NCBI GenBank assembly: GCA_044892525.1
Contig: CM097887.1
Location: forward strand, 3,596,001 to 3,660,000
Length of the DNA: 64,000 bases
Reading direction: 5' to 3'
Origin: Schmidtea polychroa
Taxonomy: Eukaryota
The notes under the pieces were generated by a model that saw nothing but the letters and a program-made list of their open reading frames with translations, did no database searches and was not told where the DNA came from. Below, piece by piece: positions 25,301 to 36,552 of this stretch (the first letter of the stretch is position 1; each line of letters starts with the position of its first letter). A program made the translations under genes and the position numbers.

Positions 25301-27073
25301 TACCCTTACAAATTGAAATAATGAAAGAGCTCCAATTATGAAGATTTCTCTAATGTTTTTATTCTTTCTTTGTCCGGTTGAAACTGCCTTTGTCTATCCG
25401 TTACTCTTTATCAGGATTATTCTAACGTTTGTGATACTTATCTAAGAGAAATTGAACACCTTTAACATGCCATTCAGAACTTCTACAGTATTATCGCTAT
25501 TTTCTTGTGTAACTGGAATTGAATTAAAAACTTTGCTATTTTCATCACTGAATTTCATTTTATCATCAAAAAACCTTTGGACATTTTCCTCTTGTAAATA
25601 TGTCTAACCTTTTGTAAAATTAGCCATCTTGCTTTTTATACTGTCTTCAGTATTCTGCTATGCTTGTTTCTCATAATCATCTCAGGAAATTGTTGAAGGC
25701 ATTTCTTAGGTTTCTTTTTCCTTTTTCCCAATGGTAATTATAAACTGTTACGTCATCGAATATTAAATTTTAGAACCTAATGTTTATGTACACTGGGAAA
25801 ATTGCCTTTTTCTCTGGCGAAATTCGTTTTTTGGCTGAGGAAATGAAAATTATAAAACCGACAATTCTATTTGCTGTTCCTCGCATTCTCAATCGGATCT
25901 ATGACAAAGTGATGCCGATTATTTCACAGAGCCCTCTAAAATCATATATTTTCAATCTGGGTTTGGCGGCTAAAATGAAGGAAGTAAACCGGTAGGGATA
26001 TATTAATATCGATATGAGCAACCTGCCGATTCACGGTTATCATTTTCAGCGGCATCATCAGAAAGAATAGCATATGGGATTATATTGTTTTCAGGAAGAT
26101 CCAAGCGATTCTTGGGGGAAATGTGGAGATAATTATGGTAGGAAGTGCGCCGGTGTCCTCTGATGTTGTTAACTTTTTCCGATCGGTTATGGGCAGCTTG
26201 GTAATTAGTGTTCCTTTTTGGCATCGATCTACTTTACGTTGTGGTAGGTCATTGAGGGCTATGGACAAACTGAAACCACAGGACCTGCTACATTGACTCT
26301 ACCGGGGGATCCTGATCCTGGACACGTGGGAATTCCCGTTCCTGGATCTTTTATAAAGCTTTGCGATGTTCCTGAACTTGATCTAGTCGTTGCCAGGGAT
26401 CGTAGAGGAGAAGTAACATATTGAAATAGCGATCAAATAAGGTTCTAGTGTTCGTATAGGTTTGCGTGAAGGGCACGATGTGCATCAGTGAATACTTTGG
26501 CGACCCGGAAATGTCAAGTAAATTGATCGATTCTGAAGGATGGTTACATACCGGTGATATTGGGCTATGGACAGAGGTTGTTTATGGATTTGTTTGTCCC
26601 GCGCAAGATTTACGCTGCCATATCGTTTTTTTAAGAAAGGCCAATTGAAAATTGTCGACCGTTGCAAGCACATATTCAAGCTGGCACAAGGGGAATATTT
26701 AGCCCCGGAACGATTGGAGAATATATACAGTCTCAGTCCATTAGTTGCACAAATTTTTGTCACAGGAGATAGCTTGAAGGATTTCTGCGTTGCGATTGTC
26801 ATTCCGGATCTCGACGGTTGGCAGGCTATCGATAGTAAATATAGATCAGTCGAGGACATTTGCAACGATCCCATGGCGACAGAAATCATTGAAAAGGCTC
26901 TCAGTGTAGTTGGGAGACAGAATAAGCTAATGGGATTTGAGATTGTTAAACGGGCTCGGCTCTGCTCGACAGCTATGTCTCCAGAAAATGGCCTCCTCAC
27001 TCCGACATTGAAATTAAAACGCAATGAGGCTTCGAAATTCTTTGCTCAGGAAATCCAAACATTATATCAGTGA
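9556..27073 (+). CDS. ACSL: Long-chain fatty acyl-CoA synthetase (ACSL1/5/6-like), about 15 exons
   Basis: Exons 9556-9714, 17427-17535, 17591-17661, 18137-18241, 18290-18389, 21174-21346, 21400-21432, 21477-gap, 21879-~21955, 24906-24980, 25774-25991, 26050-26200, 26248-26412, 26460-26576, 26636-27073. Splice phases are consistent. Motifs: TLYDLFQCG, VPLYDT, SILFTS/GIPKG, SFLPLTHVYER, EGYGQTETT, GWLHTGDIG, KLAQGEYLAPE, LLTPTLKLKR. Confidence 0.93.
10290..11230 (-). repeat. Dispersed retroelement-like repeat; 10290-10976 is near-identical to 25079-25765, and 11115-11230 resembles 16480-16600
   Basis: Direct comparison shows two 687-bp copies differing at a handful of positions, plus a decayed minus-strand reading frame. 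Family not identified. Confidence 0.8.
11840..12512 (-). mobile_element. Decayed hAT fragment (N-terminal KITSFF and TTF-like zinc-finger remnant)
   Basis: Minus-strand MDNKNKITSFFQQK.., frameshifted Trp/Cys-containing segment, GTTCCGG subterminal repeats, GGTTGGCAATG-like terminus. Confidence 0.45.
13120..14190 (+). mobile_element. Internally deleted Tigger/pogo element
   Basis: TIR CACCCAACTCTTTTTTTACACG at both ends with TA TSD. From 13448, MPKPTKNNRKRQAISLETKIKI*..SLSEATIRTI (CENP-B/psq HTH) is fused to a C-terminal remnant DPNVERALKFQR. Confidence 0.85.
14560..15443. mobile_element. piggyBac-type non-autonomous element
   Basis: TTAA flanks, TIR CCCCTTTACCG...CGGTAAAGGGG. Confidence 0.8.
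14930..15226. mobile_element. hAT MITE (297 bp) nested in the piggyBac element
   Basis: Perfect 8-bp TSD AATACAGC (14922-14929, 15227-15234), TIR CAACGTTCTCTCTAAGC / GCTTAGAGGGAACATTG. Confidence 0.88.
15655..15810. repeat. Foldback/palindromic repeat family (core GACTATGAATCAGTAAAGATATCGAT)
   Basis: Inverted arms around ATCGAT. Related copies at about 34420-34545 and 55415-55630, with fragments near 29570-29650 and 46595-46620. Confidence 0.7.
15826..16456. mobile_element. hAT-Tip100-like MITE
   Basis: GGGAC/GTCCC subterminal repeats, right terminus AAATCTGGTTACCTA typical of TAGGGTGACCAGA-type TIRs, left end degenerate. Confidence 0.55.
18676..19371 (+). mobile_element. Deleted Charlie/Buster-type hAT remnant
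   Basis: Left end CAGTGATTCCAAAAGTG, C-terminal remnant FLIASPSSYLVER, right end TTTGGGAACTTCTG. Confidence 0.6.
19790..20680 (-). mobile_element. Decayed Tc1/mariner-superfamily transposase
   Basis: Minus-strand WFQQDGTTAHTTRATIEILK*HFPNRLI..W*PCLQDLT, matching the QQDGAxAH...WPxxSPDL catalytic motifs. Boundaries approximate. Confidence 0.7.
22459..22800. repeat. Partial copy of the repeat at 47757-48857
   Basis: Shared TGTGAGGTGTTTTCAGCTGAGA...TTTTGAACCGGATTT..TTTAGAAG segments. Confidence 0.7.
23175..24034 (-). mobile_element. Solo LTR (about 860 bp) in an ACSL intron
   Basis: GTTAT repeated at 23170-23174 and 24035-24039. The minus-strand start is TGTTGAGG, followed by a purine-rich U3-like tract and AATAAA near the other end. 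Homologous to 1714-6200. Confidence 0.75.
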
Positions 27074-27559
27074 TCATTGAGGAATTTCTGGCTATCCGAA
27101 TGGCTCATTTTCTGTTGGACACTGATTGATGGATTCTGGGAATTTTACTTTAATAAATATATTTTTATAGCATCGATTTTACTTTTTATTTTTTGCTTTC
27201 TAAATATTTTTCTTAATATTAATTTCATTACAAAATCAATGTATGTATTTCCTCCCATTTGATGATACAGGTATGCTGGTACCTTGTTGGAATTAAACAA
27301 ATAAGAACATAACACGAGAGAATTATGTTAGAATTTTTATTAGCTATTAAACAATTTTCTAGGAAAACGTCACCTATAGGTGCACCTGGATATGGTACTA
27401 AACATCAAGTATATAGGTGTAGGGAACAAGTTGAATTTTAAAAATACATTATATTTTTTATTACCAATAATTTTAATTAATTAAAAATTAAATAATTTTG
27501 CATTTTGCTCAATAAAATCAAGTCAGAAAGGAATCACAAAAAAACTATTGTAATAATAA

Positions 27560-29084
27560 GGCCTGTTGAATTTTGTCGCAAAGTACTAAAGTTTTTATGA
27601 GAGCCTCCTATTGAGTTTCAAGGAAAATGGCTGTAGTCAAAAAACCCAACAATATCGGAGAAGAGTTGATATTATCTTGCTGCAAAGATATTATCAAATG
27701 TGTTGGGAAGTTCTGAACTTAATAAGCTAAGGTATGTTTGTCTGTGAAACGACACTGTATAAAGGCGAAATAGTGGAGATGTCTGATAATATACTTTCAC
27801 AGGTGTTGTCGAAGAATCAGAATTCAATGTCCAGCTTTATAAAACGATGGTTATTCTGTGAAACTCTCAGTATCAGAAAAGGAAATCTTAGAAAAATGTC
27901 CTTTTCCATGAGGCACTAATGGAAACATTTTATTCGTGTGTGTACTGAGGGCGCTCCAGCAATGCTTGGTTGCCATTCTAGGTTTCAAATTTTGGTTAAG
28001 CAAAAAAATCCTCAAACATTATTGGTACATACTGTACTTTTTATCGCCAAGCCTTAATAGTAAAAACCATGCCTGACGAATTGAAAAATTTTCTCAATCA
28101 TGTGATTACAGCAGTAAACTTCATTAAATCAAATCTACTTAACTCTCGTTTGTTTCGGGAGTTATGCAAAGTAAGTGATTTCGAATTTGAAACATTCTTG
28201 TTGCACTCACACTTGCGGTGGCTTTTTAAAGGGAAGGGTTTAAAGAGAATTTTTGTACTACATAAAGAAATTCAGCACTTTTTGAAAGATACCAAACCCG
28301 AAATGTAAGCAAAATTAAGCAAAATTTTCTAATTTCCCCCTTATTTTGATAAACATGTTTGAATTTGTGAATTCTATCAATCTGGTGTTTCAAGGAAAAG
28401 ATATCACGGTGTTCCACTGTCACGAAAAATAGACAGCTTTCAAAATGACGGTTGAACTATGGATTGTAAAGTTAGAGAATAAGAATTTTGCCCCATTTCC
28501 ACAGCTGAGCACATATTGATGAAAATGAGCTTGAAATCGATGGCGAGGCGATGAAACAGCATGTATTTTTTCTTAGCAGAGAAATGTTTTACTATTTTCC
28601 TGATCTACGGGAATTTGACAAACACCATCGATTTATCACTAACCCGTTTGAACTTTCCATTAGTGATTTACCTTTGGGGGACAATTTAATTCAGGAACAG
28701 TTTATAGATTTAATAAATGATGGGGAATGCAAAACATGTTTTTTGTGAAATGGCACAGTCTTATTATGATGTTGCGAAGACGGCTCTAAGAATCCTGATT
28801 CCGTTTCCAACCACATATGAGTTTGAGTCGGCTTTTTCTACACTAATTATTATCAAGAAAAATCTCGAAATAGATTGTATATTACAAATAACATGAGAGT
28901 TGCGCTTGCCAAAACACAGCCAAATATTTAAATTTAACGATTACATAACATGTAATATTTTCTGAGTACTTAATTGTTTGTAAAAAAAATATTTTTTCTC
29001 ACTACACTTTTCTTTTATTATTAAAGGGCTCGCGAGCTATCGAACAGTTTTTAAAGAGACCCCACAAAAGTGTGAGAACCGCTG
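27560..29084 (+). mobile_element. Degenerate Buster/Charlie hAT (ZBED5/FAM200-like transposase)
   Basis: LNHVITAVNFIKSNLLNSRLFRELC..LLHSHLRWLFKGKGLKR, NPF..EQFIDLIND, IPFPTTYEFESAFS. Right TIR GTGTGAGAACCGCTG ends at 29084. Left boundary approximate. Confidence 0.85.
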
Positions 29085-30387
29085 ATATATGTCGATAAAG
29101 TATACGCCCTATATACCGATGAAGTATACACATAGATGAAGTAAATAGTATATATGCCGATAAATTACACATTTAGTGGCACAAACCGTTTCTAAATTTT
29201 CATAAATTGAAAAAAATAACATAAATGATGATTCAAACATTTGGTTTACATAGAAACTTATATTATAGATGGTATTATTCCTTGGAAACGGCTACATAAG
29301 AAATTACAACTGTCCGAAATAAAATGCACACACACGCCGATTATGAAAATTGACTAATGATTCTAATTTATTTTTCAATGTATTAATTAATTCAATAAAT
29401 TTGATATTATAATCTTTTAGTGATTGTTCCTGATATAAAAATTATTCATTTCTAATTCAATTAATTATATTTTAATTAATTAATTTTGTTTAACTCCATC
29501 AAAATTAAGGACATTTATTAAGTAACAGCATCATATTTTACATAAAAGAAATACATAATTTCAACATCCAATAGATTATAAGAACTTTGTTTTCCAATTT
29601 CACCACTGATTTTTTTATTAATAATGTTAATTAATAATAAATACATTGTTTATTAATTATGTTATAAAAGAAATAAATCGGATGCTTTCTCCAAATAATG
29701 ATACACGCCTTTCCATGAATATATGATCATCATTTTATCTGACCCCCTTCTCATTGAGTTGAGTATTTATTTCTTTTATATATTTTCTGCAATTCCGCCA
29801 GTTCTTTGTAATTTAGATCAACAGTTGATATTTTCTCTGTTAGCTAAAATAAATAAAATCACAACATTTAAACAAAATATATCATTTCATTTTTGATAAA
29901 TAATCAATTGTTTTAATATCTGAATTTTAAAGCAAATATTTCTATGTTTGCCTGAAGTACAAAAACTATCGAACCTGAAGTCATAAAATTTGCACAAAAA
30001 ATTTTCTATTTATGCCAATGCAACTATTTTTCAGTATTTTCCACCATGAGCTATGGAGACTGTTTGTTTAACATTTTGCAGCCATGGTCATTACTGAAAA
30101 TGAATTTGAATGTGAATTATACATTAACATCGAGACATAAGTATAAACCAATCAATAGTTGTTGGTCAATCCTGAGTTTAATTATGTATCGCATCTGTTT
30201 GGGCATTGAGTATTGATTGTATATTTTCTGTTGGGTAGCACACACAGACGCGAGGCAAGGTATGTTTGAATTTTATATTTTATTAATTGATTTATTTTTT
30301 TTTGAGTTTAGAGAAGTTTGTTTTAAAAATTGTTTGTGGCGAATTTTATCGATAGAATAAAGATTTTTAAAAACTTTAGTTTTCATT

Positions 30388-33339
30388 ATGAAATGGTGTA
30401 ACTCAATGGTTCCCAACCCGTGGCCCGCCGGGCATAAAAAAGTGGCCCTCTCCTCAACAAAGAAAACTAAGAAAAAATTCACATTCACACCTTCTTTGGG
30501 AAAAGTTTGTCTTGAACTTCGTTTAAAACCATGATAAAACCATGATAAAACCATGATAAAACCAGATGCCAATTTAATAATAAAAGAACTGTGTATCGAT
30601 TAATTTTGCTTGGTTTTCATCAATAATCTGATTTTATTTCAATCTTCTGATTTTTTTTATAAATTCTTTTAATTATCTAATTTGGTTAAAAAACGAGCTC
30701 GGAATTTAAAATCATGGATAAAAGAAAGTTTGAACAAAATAAAAACTTAGCATGTCGTGAATTAAATGACGAGTGGAAAGAGAGGTATATGTTTGCTCTT
30801 GGTCGTAACGGAAAGCCGGTCTGCTTGGTTTGTGGATTTAGCGTTTCATTTGTAAAGAAATATAACATGGAAAGACATTTCAACAGTAGCCATGCAGATT
30901 TGGTCGATAAATATCCAATGGCCTCTGATTTACGAAGGGAATTTATCGCCAAGAAGGAGAAAGGAATGAATGTCCAACAATCCTTATTTACTGCTATACT
31001 ACAGCAAAACAAAAGTATGGTAATTGCATCGTATGAAGTGGCACTTCTTTTGGCAAAGAAGAAGAAACCCTTTACTGATGGAGAAGAGATTGTGAAGCCA
31101 GTTCTTGAAATAGCCGCCAGAATGCTAGGAGAAAAAAACATTGAAGCCAAGTTTAAAGATATTCCACTATCGAACAATACAATGACAAGACGGGTTGAGG
31201 AACTTTCTAATAACGTTAGTGAGCAAATTGCATTTCACGCATCAAACTGCAAGTTTTTCTCACTTCCAATGGACGAGTCAACTGACATTAGCGCTACCGC
31301 ACAGGTAACAATTTTTATTCGTGCGGTGAGTTATACTTTCGAGGTTATCGAAGAGCTGCTTGGACTTGAGTCAATACAAGTGACAGCCAAAGGCACAGAT
31401 TTGTTTGAGGTTTTAAAATCATGCGCAGAAAAAAATAAATTGGATTGGAAAAGGTTGGGTAGCATTTGCACAGATGGTGCACCAGCTCTAACAGGCAGAC
31501 ATGTAGGATGTTTGTCTTTGCTCGAAAAATTTCATGCTCGTCCACTTTTAAAATATCACTGCATTATTCACCAGGAGTCGCTTTGTGGGAAATCCATGAA
31601 TATGAAGCACGTTATGGATGGTAGTAGTGAAGTGTGTGAACAAAATCCGTGCAAAATCATTGCATAGGCGAGAATTTAGACAGTTTATTTCAGAATTAGA
31701 TGCTGAATATGGTGAACTTCTTCTGCACTGTGAGGTCAGATGGTTGTCAAAAGGTAAAGTTCTGTCGCGATTCTGGGATTTAAAAGGAAGTATTTTGGAA
31801 TTTTTGGCGGAAATTAATGAGTTGCCTATAGAACGTGAATATCTTTCAAATAATGAATGGCTGAATGATTTAGCATTCTTGGTGGACATTACAGGGCATC
31901 TCAACAATCTAAATTTGAAGTTGCAAGCAAGTAACAATCTGTTTGCAAATCTGTGTAACTGTATTGCTTCTTTCAAAATGAAATTACAATTATTTGCCAA
32001 TCAGTTATCCAAAAAAAAATTGGACAATTTTCAACACATGAAAGAAAGGATGACAGGTAATGACTTTGATGAAGACAAATATAGGTGTATGGTTGTCGAA
32101 CTTTTGACAGCTTTTCAGTCACGATTCAGTGAATTTGCAGATCAGTCTGACAATGTGGCTCTTTTTACCAATCCTTTCAACTTTCCAGACAAAAGGATCA
32201 ACTGCCTAGATGAGAATTTGCAACTTGAAATTATAGATCTGAAGTGTAACTCAGTTTTGAAAAGTCGATTTGCCGAGCTTCCGGTTATTCCAACTGCAGA
32301 TGATATGATATCATTTTGGAACCTGCTCCCAGACAGTGACTTTGAACATATGCGATCTTTTGCACAACGTTATGTTTGTCGTTTTGGTAGCACATACAGA
32401 TGCGAGCAGTCATTTTCTGCAATGAAATTGATTAAAAGCAAGAATTGTTCACGCCTTACTGATTCGAACTTGAATGGACTTATGATTCTGGCAACAACTA
32501 AACTTCAACCTGACATTGAAAAACTGGCTTCTAGTATTCAGCCACAAAATTCACATTAAATCCAAATGCCTGTGAATATTTTTATTGAAATTATAAGTAT
32601 ATTTTAACTATGATAATGATTTATTTCGAAAATCACTATCTCTGGACTTTATTGGTGTTCTATTTAATCCACAATTTCTTTATAAAAGTTAAAAACCAAT
32701 ATTTATCTCTGTAAATTAATTTACTAAACTAAAGTTACTAATCAGGAATTTGCCAATTGTAAAATATTATTGTAAATTATGTCATATAAAAAAAGTATCT
32801 TGGTTTTTTTCATCTAGGGTATTAACTCACAATAAGGTTTCTTCTTCGCCGTTTTTTGTTGTTTTAAAAATTTTGGCCCTTCGTGTCCTCCACCTAAACA
32901 AAGTGGCCCTAGGCCAAAATAGGTTGGGAACCACTGGTGTAACTTAAAGATTGGATATGAATTCATAAGTGTTGACAATGATAGTAGTTCTAACGATATC
33001 TTTGTTCATGTTAAATCTATCCCATCTGATCGAGAAGTTCTTTTAAATATTCCAAAAGTTGACAGAGGATCCATGGCTCAAATTATATTGGATACATTTA
33101 AAGCGCCAATGAAAATATTTACGAGAGTAACAATGATGTGTTTCAATTCAAGCAGTTCTTTCTTTGTACGCTTCAGGGTATCGTTCTGGACTCTAGTGAT
33201 CTTATACCACACACTATGGCAATTTATGAAACCTTATCAAGTGGTTCGACAATGTATCCTGGTGTTGCTGTTCGAATGCTCATCTCAACTCCATTACAAA
33301 TATATATCAGAATTTACCAGTTATAATGAAAATAAGTGA
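30388..33339 (+). pseudogene. Cold-shock-domain-like ORF interrupted by the hAT element
   Basis: Removing 30404-32944 gives MKWCNLKIGYEFISVDNDSSSNDIFVHVKSIPSDREVLLNIPKVDRGSMAQII, matching RNP1 (KWFN..GYGFI), RNP2 (DIFVH) and the distal V.F.I...DRG..A strand of CSDs. Confidence 0.7.
30404..32936 (+). mobile_element. Near-intact 2,533-bp hAT (Buster/GTF2IRD2-like) transposon; transposase 30714-32559 with one +1 frameshift near 31620
   Basis: TIR CA(A/G)TGGTTCCCAACC, perfect 8-bp TSD GTGTAACT (30396-30403, 32937-32944). C2H2 PVCLVC..RHFNSSH, DEST, CTDGAPA, HCIIHQE, EVRWLSKG and STYRCEQSFS motifs. Confidence 0.95.
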
Positions 33340-35411
33340 TAATTTATCACTAATAAATATTAGTTTCAACATTTTTTTAATTTTCAAATTGCATTTTAAT
33401 AACAGAATATTTTTAAAATTAAAACAGTTATATTCACTTAATTAAAATTAACCGATACACAACAAATTTTCATATATTTTAATAAGAAATTATGAATACT
33501 GCCAATAAACATGAACAGAAACTGAAAGCTTGACACTATTTTGCCGGCAATAATTAGAGACAGTCTTTTATATACTTCAAATTATGATCTTAACTTTGTG
33601 ATTAGAAAGTTTAAAGATGAAAGTAAGGGGTTAGATATAGTGAATGTGTTTTCTTACTCCCAGAGTGTTATAGACTTTTAGGTGATAAACCAACAATGAG
33701 GGCTAAGGGGTTAAATTACCTGGCACCAGTCATATTTAGACTGCTTTAACAACGATAGGATATGTTCGGTGCAATCAACTTTTTACATTTAAAAATAATA
33801 AAATCACTTTGTCTCACAGCGATGACAAACGACATTGGGGATTAATTGGGTGGGGATTAACTCGATCCTTACATTTAGTCATTGCTTAGGAGTAGATGCC
33901 AATGATGATGGTCAAGTATTCAAAATCAATCAAGAACTAGTTCGAGAGGATTAAAGTCGCCTTGGAGAAATTTCCACTAACCTATCTGACACTGATCTGA
34001 TGAATTTTAAAAATTTATTTTAATTAATAATTTTTAAACTACAATGCCAGCCGCTGTGTAGAGGGGGTAGGCGATAATGGTTGGAGTTAATCTTTGTATT
34101 TTCAAAAAATATATTTTATTTGAGATTGTGTTTTTCTAAAGTTGTACTTGTATGTACAAATTTGGTCATTCGTGTTCAAAAATTCAATGTTTTAAAAATT
34201 AAGTGCTTAGAATTTTGAGATTTTTGGTTTGGGAGAAATCATAAATTTGGGAAATTTTGAGCTGGGAAATTTATTTGGGGGTTTTTTGATTTTGGTACTT
34301 AAGATTTTTCCTGTAAATATCTTCGTTAATTTAATAAAAGATGAACATAATATCTAGATTATTTTCTACAATAAAAATATTTCCTATAATAAATACTATA
34401 AGAACTATTTTCAATTTTTACCACTGATTTCTTTTCAATTGACATTGTATTTATTAAAAACTTGACTATGAATCAGTAATTATATCATAAACACATCGAT
34501 ATCTTTAATGATTCATTGTCAAGTTTTTTTAATAAATATAATAAACACCCCTACATTTTATATTTAAAATTTATTTCTATAATAGAGTGGCTTGACTTGC
34601 ATATTTTTAAAAATCTTTGATCCAAAGGTAAAATCCTAAGCTTATTCATTGCTCGCAATAATTTATTAGGAAATTCCCGTGATTGACATTGAATAAGGGA
34701 CTATATTACAGGAAATTATACAAGAATTATGTAAGAAACGCTATGAATATCTCTGATATTGAGTATAATGGTGTTTGAAATTTATAGGAAAATCGTAAAG
34801 AAATCCTTTCATAGCGTTTAACAGTTTAGATAATTCTCATGTTAGAAGTCAATTTTGCAACCAATAAGAATACCTTGATGTGAGATATAAAACAGTACAT
34901 AAATAATTTATTCGTCATACAATGCCTTTTATGGGACGTGTCGCCTTTGGTTTCCACAACAAAAAGCGTCACCAGCCGCAAATAGAAAAATTAAGTGGTC
35001 AATGATTAAGGGAGCTAGCATTCATCTCCACTCATTGAAAAAGAGGCGTAACCCACAAATATTCCGTGATATTCAAAAATACTAAATCGCCTTTTGGCAA
35101 ACATTTTTATTTTTAAAATGTTTCTTTAATTCAGAAAAAATTTTAAATTTGTGAGTTACACCTGATGAGAAGGGGGAGGGGTGCCATCAATATGTCCTTT
35201 TTGAAAGTCAACTTTGAAACTGACTGAGAGAATGGAAATAATTCAATTATTATTAAATGTAAAGTTTTGGGAAATCACTCCGTTTGTCCATATAATAGAT
35301 TCAGTCAGGTGAATCCCTCCTCCTTACAAGATACCAACCATACGGAGGGTTCCACTTTTCTTTCAATTCTAGAGATTCATTTATGGAATAAAATTAAACT
35401 TCGAAATTAAA

Positions 35412-36304
35412 TTAGAGAAATGAAACTTTTTCACTTACTAAATCGTATAAAATGGAAATTTTCAATTTCAGGAGATTATTCTCTTCTTGAATTTGGTTGA
35501 CTTCATTTGCCAGTTGACTCGCCAGAGAGTCTGGAGGATTCAGAATTTTCTCTTTGGNNNNNNNNNNNNNNNNNNNNNNNNNNNNNNNNNNNNNNNNNNN
35601 NNNNNNNNNNNNNNNNNNNNNNNNNNNNNNNNNNNNNNNNNNNNNNNNNNNNNNNNNNNNNNNNNNNNNNNNNNNNNNNNNNNNNNNNNNNNNNNNNNNN
35701 NNNNNNNNNNNNNNNNNNNNNNNNNNNNNNNNNNNNNNNNNNNNNNNNNNNNNNNNNNNNNNNNNNNNNNNNNNNNNNNNNNNNNNNNNNNNNNNNNNNN
35801 NNNNNNNNNNNNNNNNNNNNNNNNNNNNNNNNNNNNNNNNNNNNNNNNNNNNNNNNNNNNNNNNNNNNNNNNNNNNNNNNNNNNNNNNNNNNNNNNNNNN
35901 NNNNNNNNNNNNNNNNNNNNNNNNNNNNNNNNNNNNNNNNNNNNNNNNNNNNNNNNNNNNNNNNNNNNNNNNNNNNNNNNNNNNNNNNNNNNNNNNNNNN
36001 NNNNNNNNNNNNNNNNNNNNNNNNNNNNNNNNNNNNNNNNNNNNNNNNNNNNNNNNNNNNNNNNNNNNNNNNNNNNNNNNNNNNNNNNNNNNNNNNNNNN
36101 NNNNNNNNNNNNNNNNNNNNNNNNNNNNNNNNNNNNNNNNNNNNNNNNNNNNNNNNNNACTCCATTGATAAATTTGATTTCTCTCCTTCCTAATATTCCT
36201 CGAATCTCTATCAAGTCCACCGACAGATCTCGCTGATCCAATGATCCGGTGCTATTGGAAATTCTTGTTGGAAAATCTTTTTTTGTTTTATTAGAATGAG
36301 ACAT
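35412..36304 (-). CDS. CBY1: Chibby-family (CBY1-like) protein; middle lies in an N-gap, 3' end uncertain
   Basis: N-part SNSTGSLDQRDLSVDL..LGRREIKFING and C-part QIQEENNLLKLKISILYDLVSE match Chibby motifs (SLKFENGQW; QLEEENNLLRLKVDILLDMLSE). Confidence 0.75.
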
Positions 36305-36433
36305 TTGATGTTGATTGAAAAGACAGAAAATATTAATTAATGCGACTGAAATGTAAATGAATGAAATTATTCATTACGGAGAAATTCATGACGAGTAGGT
36401 TTGCAAATTATGCGACATTTTCTGTCAGTTCTC

Positions 36434-36552
36434 GTTGTCATGGCAATGAAGCGGAACTTGCGGTGCTAGCCAATGAATAATTCATTAGCCATCCGTTATG
36501 ATATTCTCATATTAACCGAATGTCCGCATTAAATTCGCATTTCCATGGTTAC
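36434..36552. promoter_or_regulatory. Two RFX X-box-like motifs upstream of the Chibby start
   Basis: GTTGTCATGGCAAT (36434-36447) and ATTTCCATGGTTAC (36539-36552) versus consensus GTTGCCATGGCAAC / GTTTCCATGGTAAC, with a CCAAT between them. Confidence 0.65.
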
